DNA from: Selaginella moellendorffii
Taxonomy: Eukaryota; Plantae; Lycopodiophyta
DNA length: 64,000 nucleotides
Direction: 5' to 3'
Assembly (NCBI RefSeq): GCF_000143415.4
Contig: NW_003314323.1
Span: 252,499-316,498, forward strand
A program made the position numbers and the translations under genes. The notes below the pieces were generated by a model. It searched no databases, was not told the origin of the DNA, and saw only the letters and a list, made by a program, of their open reading frames with translations. Shown here piece by piece: positions 25,199 to 37,400 of this stretch. Every line of letters starts with the position of its first letter. The stretch's first letter is position 1.

Positions 25199-26005
25199 TT
25201 AAAACTTGTTCACAAAACTTTTTAGCGATGACTCCAAAGACTCCTTGGCGAAGTGATCGATGTCCAAGGCCTGCAAATCCACAGACAAAATCCTAAGAAA
25301 ATCAATGGAGAGATGGAGAAACCTTGGCACGGATGCAGATGCATGCGACGCGCGAAGCATCATCGACCGAGACGGACGCGTCCTGAACAATCAGCTGGTG
25401 CTGGCGCAGAATCCACAGCACACTCAACAAGAGCCTGGCCTGCATCCTGCAGCTCATGTTGACGAACACATCCGACTTGCATATGTGCAGCCCCACGCTA
25501 GCACTCGATCTCGCTGCTGCCGCCATCGTCATCGCATTCCACTTGGGCTTGGAAGGATCCATGGCGGCGCTCTTGCGGTGCTCGAGCAGCATGGATCTCG
25601 TCGCCGACAGCTCCTGGACTTGATTCTTGAGCGATTGGATGAGCTCCATCGTCTCCTGCACCACTCCGCATCGATCCATCTTTCCCGTGCAGCGCAAACA
25701 ATCATTGAGTGATCAAGCAAAGCACAAGTGTGGATTGATCAGGATACCTTTGAGGCTTCCGTTGTTGGTAGCAGCGACCTCAGCCGATCATACAGCCCTT
25801 GCAGCTCTTTCCTTCGCTCCCTCTCCGACCATATGTGATTGATCCGCTGCGCGTACGTCCGGGTCTTTCCCTGCGCAAGCATCGCCGGGCCCAACCCAAT
25901 GCGCGGATTGATGCTAGCAGCATTCAAGGGGCAAACTCCATGATCCAGAAACACGGGAAGAAACTGACTCAAGCTTGAGCCCTCGCGCTTGACAGGCTTC
26001 ACCAT
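25199..26005 (-). CDS. bHLH transcription factor A2; exons 26005-25748, 25679-25323, 25270-25199 (228 aa)
   Basis: Near-identical paralogue of A1 with an intact frame and splice sites. Confidence 0.9.
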
Positions 26006-26328
26006 TGATCGTAAACTTACACTCGAATGTGGTCGTCTAGAAGAGAAACTCTCGCCCTCGAGAACTTACACTTGCTCTTACAATCAAAAAGGACTTTCTC
26101 CCCTCCACCAATCTTCTCGACCGCTCCCCCACCACCTTTCGGTGGTGTAGTTATGAAACGATCGGCGTGGATGTTGGATACTACGCAACATCTACGCCGA
26201 GCATATATTTGCTTTTGCCAGCCAGCACAAGACACGGTTATCATTTTAACGACAGATAATCTCTTTAATGCCAAACAAACCACTTTATTTTGATGAAATA
26301 GATTGGCAAGAAAGAGATGCTCTTTAAT

Positions 26329-26409
26329 ATCTCCTCTCCTCTCTGTCTCTCTCTCTCTCGTATAGATGCTACTCTCTCTCTCTCCTCTCTCTCTCTCGTA
26401 TAGATGCTA

Positions 26410-26450
<41 letters not shown>
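26329..26450. repeat. (CT)n tract with duplicated TAGATGCTAC units
   Basis: Direct inspection. The MYB stop-codon context is repeated three times. Confidence 0.85.
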
Positions 26451-27367
26451 TAGATGCTACTGCTGCTACCGCTGACACTGTGGCAGAAGCTCAAATCCAG
26501 GCACTCGTCTTGCAGCTGGAGCTCAACCAGCGCTCGCAGAGGACATGCCTCGCCGCACAGCAAGCAGTCGCCGCTAGAAGTGGTGCTGGCCACCGCCAGG
26601 TGATGATGATCCAAAAGGTGGACACCAGTGCTGCTGATGCTGCTGCCATTGCTGCTGATGCTGCTGCTGCTGCTCTCGTATGCCATACCGCTGCAGGAGC
26701 TTTGCCAGACAATGCAACCCAGATCGCCATCCATCATCAATCGCTGTGCTTCCTCAGCTCCCTCTAAGCTCTTCTCACTGTCTTGGCGAGGGAGTGCTGT
26801 TTCACTTGTGATCGAAGAAGAACTTCTTCCAGAGCTGCTAGAACTCCTCCCCTTGGCCTTGAATCTGACGCGGGAGTTCCAATGGTTCTTGACATCGTTG
26901 TCCGTTCTCCCAGGAAGTTGAGTAGCAATGTAAGCCCATCTACACAACGAAGGGAGAGATGTCGATCCGAAGCCAAACACTCGAGCAAAAGTAAAGTACC
27001 TGTTTCCAACCAATTCATGCAGTCGACAGAGAGTTTCCTCCTCCTGCTCGCTGAATTTTCCGTGCTTCAACTCCGGTCTCAAGTAGTTCATCCATCTCAG
27101 CCTGCAACTCTTGCCAGTTCTTCGCAGGCCTGGAACTCGAAAAGCCACACAACAACAATCGGTCATCAGAAACTTGCAAATTCCAACTCTGGAAAGCTTA
27201 CCTGCAAGCTTGGGCACGGAGCTCCAGACTTGATATCCATACTGCAGGATGTGCTTCCTTAGAAGCTCGTCCTCTTCAGGAGACCAGAGTCCCCGCCGCA
27301 GTTTGCTGGACACTGCAGCATCGTCTCCCTCGTACTCTTGTTTCGAGGCTGTCTCAACTGAACTCAT
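26450..27367 (-). CDS. R2R3-MYB transcription factor A2; exons 27367-27202, 27129-27000, 26939-26450
   Basis: LRRGLWSPEEDELL..WSSVPKLAG|[26 protein letters not shown]|[21 protein letters not shown]. The 72- and 60-nt introns are in frame, which explains the continuous 320-aa ORF call. Confidence 0.93.
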
Positions 27368-27708
27368 CCTCCCAACTTCCAGGAAATCGGAAGCAAACAC
27401 CCCGACTTCCAATCCAAGCTCTCTACGAAGGAATTGTTCCCCCTTCTGCTGTTTCTTTGTCCTTTTCCAACTTGAAAACGATCCAAGTCATGACAAGGGA
27501 TCGGGTGACACACATTTCTCAGGAATTTAGTAACACGCTTCATGCAAGGCATCTTTCTCTGTGCCCCACACGGTGCCTTTTCTCTTAGCTTGTGTCTGGA
27601 TGAGGCTCTGCAAAGCTGGAAAGTTCTCACCAGAAAAAAGAGTGAGAGATCAGAAATGCGCGAGAACAACAGAACAACTTACACTTGCGATGATTCCTGC
27701 GTCGGCAG

Positions 27709-28867
27709 TCAGGAGCCGGACAGCTTGGAGCAGTGGCGGTCGTTTCCCAGCTTCCTGCAGTTGAAGTAACCACACCGGTTGAGCAGCTCCAAGGTTTGGC
27801 TGCTGCTAGAATTGCTCGCAGCCAGCAACGTATCGTCTTCCTCGTAGACAACGTAGGGAGCTTGCTCATTCGGCCTGGAAAGCAACCGCTCCGCTCCTTT
27901 CAGCACATGATACTCCCAGCCCTGGACGTCGACTTTCAGCAGCGAGACACGCATTTCGTCTGGGATCACGGAGTCCAGGGTCAGTGTTGCGACCGTAAAC
28001 GGAACCACGCGATTGCTTTTGAAAGCAAGCTTTGCTCCTGATAGCGAAACGGCGGAGTTGTCAAGCCTCCCAATCACCTATGAGAACAACAAGGTATGTA
28101 AAGAGCTAAAAACAAAGAGTACTATGTAGACAAAGCAGCCGAAATAAGTTTAGCAATGCAGGAAGAGGAGGTGTTCTTCTCATCTAGAACTACCATTATC
28201 ACGCAATGCAGTAGTTTAGTAGTATGTTCTATCATGCAAGACAACGCTAAGAGATCGTGATCTAAGACAGTAGCACGCACTGCAAGAGCTTTGCCAAGAG
28301 AACAATCTTTCCAAGTACCTTGTGGAGCGTAATGCTTCCCGGAGTATCAGACACGGCCGCGTGAAAGAGCTTGACGACGCTTCCAGCTCTGTTCAAGTAG
28401 ACACCATCGCAGAGCTTGTTTAAGTTGTCCACCACTGGCTCAAACGCAAGAACCCTAAACCCCATCGCCGCGGCAGCGAATGCAGCCATTCCAACGTTCG
28501 CTCCCACATCCACCACGACTCCCTCGCCCGGATTCCTGCCCTCCAGAATTTTCTGCACCGTCTCGGAGATCTCCGGCTTCTGGAACAGCTTCCCCTTGAT
28601 CACGCGAAGGAAATTGCGATTCGGCCTCTCCGCGCTGCCTAAATCCGCGATCGAGATGAAGAAGGGATACCTCACGCCTTCGATCTTGTTCGCGAACACC
28701 GGCCATCCCTGCTCCGATCTCTCGCACGAGTACTCCGGGAATGCGCCGCCGATCCTAGGCGCCGATCGCTCCCTACCGCCCTCTAGAACCCTAAAGAAGA
28801 GATAGATCAATGCAGCGCAGGCGGCACACCAGAACACCAGAGCCTTGTGTTCTCGCCGGGCTCGCAT
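27709..28867 (-). CDS. FkbM-family SAM-dependent methyltransferase with N-terminal TM; exons 28867-28319, 28077-27709
   Basis: VVVDVGANVG; VLAFEP; LLKVDVQGWEYHVLKGA. Confidence 0.92.
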
Positions 28868-29018
28868 GGTATACTCTGCAAATTTAGGGCCTGTCCGGAG
28901 GATCGAACCCTCAACTAACACGATCCAACGGCTGGTAGTTAAAAGCCGTGGGATTGACATAAGCCCTTAAAGCCCTGCGCGAGAGATCGTAGAGTCGAGA
29001 GAGGAGAGGATTGACGCA

Positions 29019-31024
29019 ATGCCGCCGGGTAGCGATCGCAGCGATCGGAGTCGCGCAGCGGATGAAGCAGTGGGAGAACAGAATTCCAATCCCTGGGGAG
29101 CGCTTGTGGCAGTGTCGGAGAGCGCCAAGCAGCGCGATCGGGTAAGATTTCTCTCGCTCTCTCGAAATATTTCGCTCGGCGCTCACGCGCTTTCCAGGTG
29201 GATATGATGCTATGGCGCCCGGAGCATATGCTGGGACGCACTGTCCGCGAGAAAGAGTTCCTCTTCTCCGAGCCAGGGATCAGCGGTCTACATTGCACGA
29301 TTTCCAGGAGGAAAGCCGATGGCGAGGAAGGGTTTGTGACCTACATCAAAGATTCGAGGTAAATAGAGCGCTCTTGAGCATCGCTTGATATGGAGTGTGT
29401 GATTTCCAGCTTGAATGGGACCAATGTCAATGGCCGGAAGCTCACGAAGAACGTGGAAGCAGTGCTCAAAGACGGGGACTTGGTGTCTCTGTTGTACGTG
29501 TCCAACCTTTACTCGTATCTCTATCGGGATCTCGCCTCGGCAAAGCGAAAGGCCGTTTCTGGGGAGAATGACGAGAACAAAAGGCCAAAGAAGGACAAAG
29601 GCATACAAATCTGTGAACCTTTGGCGGCGCATGGTGGCACTCAGGTTGGTTGGCGATGTTTTGCTGCTTGCTGAAGTAGCGACTTTCTCAGGATGCGGGA
29701 CTAGAGCTACGAACAGCGGAAGAGTACAAGATGAAGCTGGAAGAAGCCTTGCGAGAGTAAGACGAAATGCAAAAGTGTCGAGCTCCATCTGAGCGCTTAA
29801 CTTTTTTTGCTCTGCAGAAATGCGGCGCTAACAGAAACGCTGGAGAAGAAACTCCAAGAGGAAAAAGAGAAATGGGAAGATGAGAAGCGCAGAGAGGCGG
29901 AGGCTCTGGAACAAAAAACTGCAGATCTTACGAAGGCAATTAACAAGGAAAAAGGCCTTTCCGATTACCTCAAAGAGGTCTGCAGGAACGATCCAAAAAG
30001 TTTTTTAACTTTGCAAATTCTTACAGGAGCTGAGAAAGATTCGTCAGCGCATCGACGAGATCCTGGAATACGCTGTAAACTATTTCTCAAGGCTCTTGTG
30101 CTTCTAACTTTACAATGGTGTTTCGTTAGAGGAAGACGAACAATTCAAGCAATGGCGCTGAAAATGCTGCATCTGTTGAGGGCCAGCTGAACGAACGCGG
30201 CGCTTTAAGGTTCGATTGCTTCTTTTCTTCCATACTGTTTTCTAATCTACACCGTCACCGTCACGACCAGGGAAATTGGAGTGAACGCGCGAGGATTGGA
30301 TCCCGGGATGATGGAGGCCGTCGCAGGGCCCAGCAGATACAGGGGAGAAGATTCTTCTGGTCTACCGGGAGCAGGGGGTGATGCTGCTTTGGACGTGCGT
30401 TACAAAGAATTCAAGCTCACGACGAGCGAGAGCATGCCGTACGTGCCTGAGGACTCGGACGAGGTGAGAAACAGGCTCCGGCGCGCCGCAGCACCACTCA
30501 CGTCGGCCGACCTCCGAGCTAACGAGAGCTTGCCGAAGACGTCCAACGATGAAGAAGCGAATGTAGGAGGCCGGGGTGGTGAAAAACTGGCTTCAGTGGC
30601 TCCAGCGGCGGCACAGGCTACGAGAAGAGGTCGCCGTCACTCGTCCGACGTGAGATCCGACGCGAGATCACCGGTGCCGGGCGACGAGGTAGTTGGCCCG
30701 ATGCCAGCCGAACAGGGACAGGGAGAAGATGTCGCTCTGGTGGAAGGCCCTCGTGTTCTCCAGGCAGGAGCTGGAGTTTTGGCGGCGGCGGCAGCACAGG
30801 CCGGGCACGGTGGCAGCCAAGTCGGGAACTCGGACACACAGCCAGGGGGTGCGCATCCCGTGGAAGAGCTGCTTGGATACAGCCAGACGCAGCAGCTCGA
30901 GGAATTCACGCAGTTTGGCCCAGCTCTCCCACAGCGTCCTCCTCGTCCACGCATGATTCAGGTACTCACGGAGGAAGCGCGAACTCTGCACAGGATCATC
31001 TTCAATGGACAAGAGATGCTGTAA
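29019..31024 (+). CDS. FHA-domain protein with coiled-coil and low-complexity C-terminus (multi-exon; internal exons approximate)
   Basis: PWGALV..HMLGR..ISGLHCTI..IKDS|SLNGTNVNGRKL..LKDGDLVSL FHA signature across GT-AG introns. Confidence 0.8.
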
Positions 31025-32504
31025 GTACGATGCTCTAGGCGGCGGGATTTTGATCTGGTACCTCGTTTTGCTTTCGGTTGTTTCTTCCCCTTCTTTTAGC
31101 AGACTGATCGGTGTGGTACATACTTCTTTATAACTTCTTTCAGCGAGATCGAAGAACGAACTTTACACAGCGGGATAGGACTGACGGGCTAAATGCCTTG
31201 ATTATGAAAACGGTTTTGTAACTAATTAGTATACGGTTTTCCGATTCATGGATATAGTTTTATTCGTAAATCTCGACGTAGTGCATTCGGTTATACTTTG
31301 TGCTCAAAACCATATTGTGGTGAGATTGGTATCCAGACCGTAATCAACCTGGGGTTGCTCAGCCACAGCATCCTTGATCACTTGGCTTGGTATTCAGATT
31401 GATAATAGGAATTTATTAATATTTATAAATATTAGTTACTATTTGGTCTGCAATATAATGATAATGACGTAACAATTATGGTTTAAAAATCTTAATCACC
31501 ATACATTACCGGTGATTTCATGCGACTAACGGTTGCCGGCTTTACAAGTACGAGTCTGCCCCACCAGTTTACAAATATTCTTGCAAATCCGACCGCAAAG
31601 AAGTTGATATTCAAGGGTCATGTATCCAACTGCATCATCAGCCCCTCTTTCTTGGACATTTCCGAGTGAGAAAGATTCAATTCTTCTTCTCCAGTCCGAG
31701 ATAGATAGATCAAAGATGATCGCCTCCTCTGTGGGACCTCCGTGAGCATGCTATGATGCACAAAGGCTCGTTTTTTGGGTCTCATCAGGATAGCGCCATT
31801 GTGCCCAGTCGTGCTACGAATGCCCTAGAAACATTGGTGGCATTAGACTAGGAATGTCTGATTCTTTTGCTTCGATCAAGATCTTTAGTCCTTTTAATAA
31901 GCTTGGCTGGTAGTTATAATTTGGCTTTTTTGTATTCGCATAGGATTTTAAGATTGAAAGGATTTCTCAAACTTCCCATTCTGAATTGCCTACTATTATT
32001 CACAACTGTTTTTATTCTTTTGCTGCCTTGGTTTTGAGGGTGATAAATTAGCTTTTGTTCTGGCAAACTACAAGTTTTCAGCATTTGCTTTTAAAAATTC
32101 TTTCTTATTGAGCTATTTTAATTATTGAGATTTTAAAGGTAGATTAAACACAAAAAGTATTAAATAAAAACCACAATAATCAAGCTATGCTAAATGCAAA
32201 GCTCAATAATTTGATATTATATGAATTCAAGTGGAGAGTCATGCCCTCTCGATATGCTACTCCTCAAGAAAAGACCCACTCTTAGGACTTTTTGATGTTG
32301 ATATCAAGTGGTAATAAACTTAACCATCAATAAGAGTCGGACTAAGAAATAGCTCTAATATTAAGTTATAAGTGAATAAATTTTCCATTTTACTTTAGTC
32401 ACTTAACTATACTTTTGACCACTTTGAAAAGTCCCACTCACAACTTCCATAAGTTGTATTCTCGACTTGAGGACATACTAACCCCATGAATGGTATTTAT
32501 GCCA

Positions 32505-33900
32505 CTTAGCCTTTGCACATGCTCCATATATTCAATATCATAATAAACACACAAAAGTACCATTAACATATCAGCCCATTATATTAAAGTTATATCCATT
32601 CACCTTTGTTTCATGTGTAGTCCAAAACCACTTATACCATAGTTTTATCTCCCAAAGACTAAGTTATCTGTGCATGAGTGGTCATCCCAAGACCATATTA
32701 TAGTATCTTTATAATGTCTGAAAACGTAAGAAATACCCTTCTCTAATATCCCTTTTTCAATCCCTACTAAATCTCTATTTATCCACAACCATACTTGCCA
32801 ACACAGCCATTGGGTCAAGGCTTGAAGGCTTGACCACTAAGTTCTATTGACTTTTAGGACTTCCTTATTACGTGATTATGCCTTTAGTCACTGCACAAAA
32901 GGATTGCTCCTTTTCCTTTCCATAGTCCAAGACTTTGGGATGAAATTTCAAAACACTGTTGTAATGTATGTGATCATGGGATAAAATTTAAATATACTAT
33001 CACTGTGGATCCTTGAAACTTTAGGGGATAAATGGGGATAAAATAATCACCAAAGGTTTTTTTATCAAGCAATTGCCTCTTTTTCAATTAGCTTAAGGGG
33101 AGAAAGATAAGATGTGGCTTTACGTGAGCCTAGCCATATGGCTAAAGCGAAGTTCTGATAAGCCACACTAGGTATTTAAGTAGGTAGTGCCACCCACACT
33201 TAAATTAAGATCATCGATCATTCAATCTCCTAGGAAAGTTAAAGTTGACTCTTGAACACTTCACCAAATTACCTAACTTGTCCATACATGTTCATTTTAA
33301 CCTCAAACTCCTCAATGGTTATATCATCGCCCACTATATAGGTATAACCTTCCTTAATCACACTAATGTTTTCTGACCAAACTAGATTTATTGGAGTCCT
33401 CCCTTTACTATCATTTTGAAGCTCACCAAACCCCCAAGGGTCTAGGAGATGATCACTTTGGGCTTTCACCTTCGGACTTGAACTCGGATTCAGATTCAGA
33501 CTCAGATTTAGATTTAGATTTAGACTCAAATTCAGATTCAAATTCAGACTTGAACTGAGTTCCCACCCTAGTTTTGATCTCAGTCTCAATCTTGGTCTCG
33601 GTCTTGGTCCCGGTCTTGTTCCCTATCTTGGACAAACTCCTTGAACTCCATTTTGGATTTGGTCCCAACACTTATATGTGTTACAACACTTGTCATGTGT
33701 TAGTCTTTCTTGTGTCTCTTTTTAGATACTCATTCATTGATTGCTTCGTGTTCATTCTTTGAACACTTTGTTCAGAGCTCCACTCTTACTCTTGACTTTT
33801 CGAGTCTTGGTCTAAACATATTATACTTGTTGGACTTCCACTTTGACCACTGCCATATGGCATATTTTCAGCTTCTCTTTTGGCCTTAGAGTGATTCACA
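32505..33900 (-). mobile_element. Diverged solo-LTR-like element
   Basis: Begins TGTGA on the minus strand. Colinear inverted homology with 34052-35760, including the GGTGAAAGCCCAAAG motif and a 6-bp repeat tract. Confidence 0.7.
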
Positions 33901-34051
33901 TACCCCAAGATTTTCAAACTTTTGGGTAACACCCTTCTTTAATATTTCTTTAATATTTGTATATGATATCTTGATTTACTTAGGTGACTGATTCAAAAAA
34001 AAAACCTTGATTAAATAAGCATCCCTAATTGCATTAGGATGATGTGTTGCA

Positions 34052-35760
34052 TGTGAGAAACAAAATCCCTAGGCCCCAAAGGGGAGTCAAAAAGGTGCCA
34101 TGTGGTAGTGGTGGAGGCAAAAGCCAAATGAGTGTAACACATTTGAACTAAAAGCTCCGACTCAAAAAGTCAAGAGCAGGAGTGGAACTCCCAATGAAGG
34201 GCTCGAAGAACGAGCACGAAGTGAGCAATAAGTGAGTCTCTAGGAAAGGGATACAAGAGGACCAACACATAACACATGGAAGAATCTGAGATGGACCCGA
34301 GATGGACCTGAGATGGAGTCCGAGATGGGCCCAAGATGGAGTCTGAGATGGACCTAAGATGGAGTCCGAGGTAGACCTAAGATGGAGTCCGAGGTAGACC
34401 CGAGATGGAGTCTGAGATGGAGTCCGAGATGGACCTGAGGTGGAGTCTGAGATGGAGTCCGAGATGGACCCGAGATAGAGTTCGAGATGGACTTGAGATG
34501 GAGTCCAAGATGGAGTTCAAGATAGACCCAAGATGGAGTCCGAGATGGACCTAAGATGGAGTCCGAGGTGGACCCGAGATGGAGTCCAAAGTGGACCCAA
34601 GATGAAGTCCGAGATGGACCCGAGATGGACCCGAGATGGAGTCTGAGATAGACCTGAGATGGAGTCCGAGATGGACTCGAGATGGACCCGAGATGGAGTT
34701 TGAGATGAACTCGAGATGAGTTCCGAGATGGACCCAAGATGGAGTTCAAGATGGACCCGAGATGGAGGCCAAGATGGAACCGAGACCGAGACCGAAACCA
34801 AGACTGAGACCAAGTCCAAGTTCGAGTCCAAGACTGAGACCGAGTTTGAGTCCAAGTCTGAGTGCAAATACTAATATAGGTTGTTGGGTGAAAGCCCAAA
34901 GCGATCGTCCCCCAGGGGAGGGGGGGGGTTGGGGGGGGGGCTACAGGGAGTTCCAAAAGTATAGTAGGGAGAGTGTGGGGGTTGGACCCCAATGGAGCTA
35001 ATTTGGCCAAGAAAGGTCAGTTTGGCCCAGGAAGGCTATACCCAACTGCTGGGAGATGGGATGACTACTAGAAAGTCCAAGGCTAGAGTGAATATAGATT
35101 GACAAGTGGGGTAAATTGGTGAAGTGTTCAAAAGCTGATTCTAGTTCCCTCGGGAGATTGAATGGTCGATACTCCTAGTCCAAGTGTGGGTGGCACTATC
35201 TACTTGGATACCTGGTATGGCTCAACAGAACCTCGCTCTAAGCCCATGGCTAAAGCACCCAAAGGCGGAAAGCGGGGAGAGTACCCATAAGGCTCATGTA
35301 GGGCTATGGTGTTTTGAAATGTCTTCCCAAAGTCCCAAATGATGGAAAGGAAGAGGAATAATCCTCTAGTGTAATGACCAAGGATGCAGTCACATGACAA
35401 AGAAGGAAGTCCTAGAGAATGAGAGGACTTAGTGGTCGGGTCTGTGGGCCTTGATCCAGTGGCAGTATTGGTGAACATAGCCGTGGATAGAAAGGGATTT
35501 GGTGGGGATTGGAAAAGAGATATTGAGAAAGGCTATTCCCCATGTCTGTGGGCATCTTAAGGATGCTAAAGAGTGGATCTAAGATGATCACTCATGGATG
35601 TAGTCTTTGAGAGACAGAATTATAATGTAAGTGGTGTTGGACCACCAATGTGACCAAGGTGAATGGGCATGGCTTTAGTGTAACAAGCTAATATGTCAGT
35701 GGTACCTTGGGGTGTCGATCATGAGATCAGACATGTGGAGTACTTGGACCAAGTGCAAAG
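34052..35760 (+). mobile_element. Solo-LTR-like element with internal minisatellite
   Basis: Begins TGTGA. Shares GGTGAAAGCCCAAAGCG-polyG-GTTCCAAA.GTATAGTAGGGA with the LARD LTR (13332-13402). The 3' boundary is approximate. Confidence 0.7.
34285..34862. repeat. 11-12 bp minisatellite (GAGATGGACCC/GAGATGGAGTCC) grading into 6-bp GAGACC/GAGTCC units
   Basis: Direct inspection. Confidence 0.95.
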
Positions 35761-36429
35761 GTTGAGGAGGTTGTGATTAAGATTCCTCCAAGTGGTTGGA
35801 GGTGTGGTTAAATGATTAAAATAGAATGGAAAAATTAGTCACTTACATTGCAATCTTAAACCTAGACTACAAATCAAAGTTAAAAATATCAGCATACTCA
35901 TTTTTTAGCTAGTCAACTATCACAACATAAAGACTATATGAGGGATTTAAAGAGGTAATAAAAAACCAAGAAGGAAACATAGTTAAAAGTAATGAAGAGA
36001 TAAAAGTGAATAGAAGGATGAAGTGAAATAAAAATAAAATGAATGAAAAAGAAAAATGAGAATATAAGATAAGGGGGAGAAATCTTAAAATTATACTTGA
36101 CATAATTGCATTGCAATTAATTTATACTAAGGATGAGGTTAAAAACATGACTTAGCACCACTTATAATGATTAAAGTTTAAACTTAAAATCATCCATACA
36201 TACAATTAGGTCTACCTTAATCCATGCATATGTATGTATATAGTTATTGCCATAGTGAATGAAAACTAACTCTACCATATAATAACCAATATAGAGAAAA
36301 TACAAAAAAATTGTTGTTATAAAAATAAATTTAGAACTTAAAATATAACCCATTACAATCTTTTTAAATTTATATCCTAAAGTAACATTGCTCTTTTGAA
36401 TATTGTATTCTAGATCATGATCTCTACCA

Positions 36430-37400
36430 TCCCCTCATCCAAAAACTTGTCACCACTAATTATCATCATGTTGTGCATAATAGCACAAATTGTGATGCAA
36501 TTGGATTGTGTGTAAAGATCTCATTGATAAAGCCTCTTATTTAAATATCACCATTGCATTTTTAGTTAACCAAACGCCCACTGAACTACAATTTTAGTAG
36601 AGAAGTGCATAAAGTTGTAATTGAAATAGTCCTCTCTAACAAACTTTGCTGGAAATGGAATAAACATCCCATAGCAACATCATATCCATCATTTGCTATC
36701 AAGTACTCGGGGATGTCCCCAAAACTAGTATGGTAAATGAAACCATTTAACCTTTCACTACAAACCATATATACTTGTGGACCAAACCCTAGGATCATTC
36801 ATATATCTAGGATATCTGGCTTTTAAGTCTAAAAAGCAAGTTTGACTATAATTGCCTACACTTGAATTGCTGTTTATAATTAATCCACTCTTGTCTATCA
36901 AAACCAATTGAAACATTAATCTAGATGTGTGTGCAATCAATAGTTCCAACACAATTTGGAAAACTTATAACTTCTGGAAACCATCCTTCACTACTTGAAG
37001 TTCATCCCCTTCTAGCCACTTAATATATATGTTCCCATGCTTCTCTACAAGAAACTTCTTCAAAATCTTGATGCAAGTCAAGTGATAGCATTTAAATTTC
37101 TAGTCCATGTATCCCTTGTAGCTAACTGCTGCAAAAAAATAGTTATTTGTTTTGCTATAAAGTTTTTCCTTCATGAAATGTTATGAAGGATTCATACTGA
37201 AATCATCTTCTAGCAAATCACAAGTGAAACTCAAAAATAGTTTTTCTAATTTAAAAACCTTCATGGTGAGTGTAAAACAAATGCCACAAATGTAAACTCC
37301 TTTCTTTGGTAGACATCTATCTAATGAATCTGTCCCTTATGATCTTAAATGGAATTTTCCCAACTAAAAATCCACCAAAAACTTCATTGAATTGCCATAT
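36430..37400 (-). pseudogene. Highly decayed PIF/Harbinger transposase
   Basis: VGTIDCTHI (about 36925-36950); FLDLKARYPRYMNDPRV; YLIANDGY; ICAIMHNM. These occur in the canonical order. Confidence 0.7.

Noticed and set aside
26900-27060. Canonical MBW (anthocyanin/trichome-type) MYB-bHLH complex
   Set aside because: The R3 bHLH-binding signature is only half matched, and the bHLHs lack the IIIf N-terminal region.
34285-35010. CRISPR-like array or repeat-protein ORFs
   Set aside because: Contiguous 11-12 bp minisatellite with no unique spacers in a eukaryotic TE context. The ORFs are repeat artefacts.
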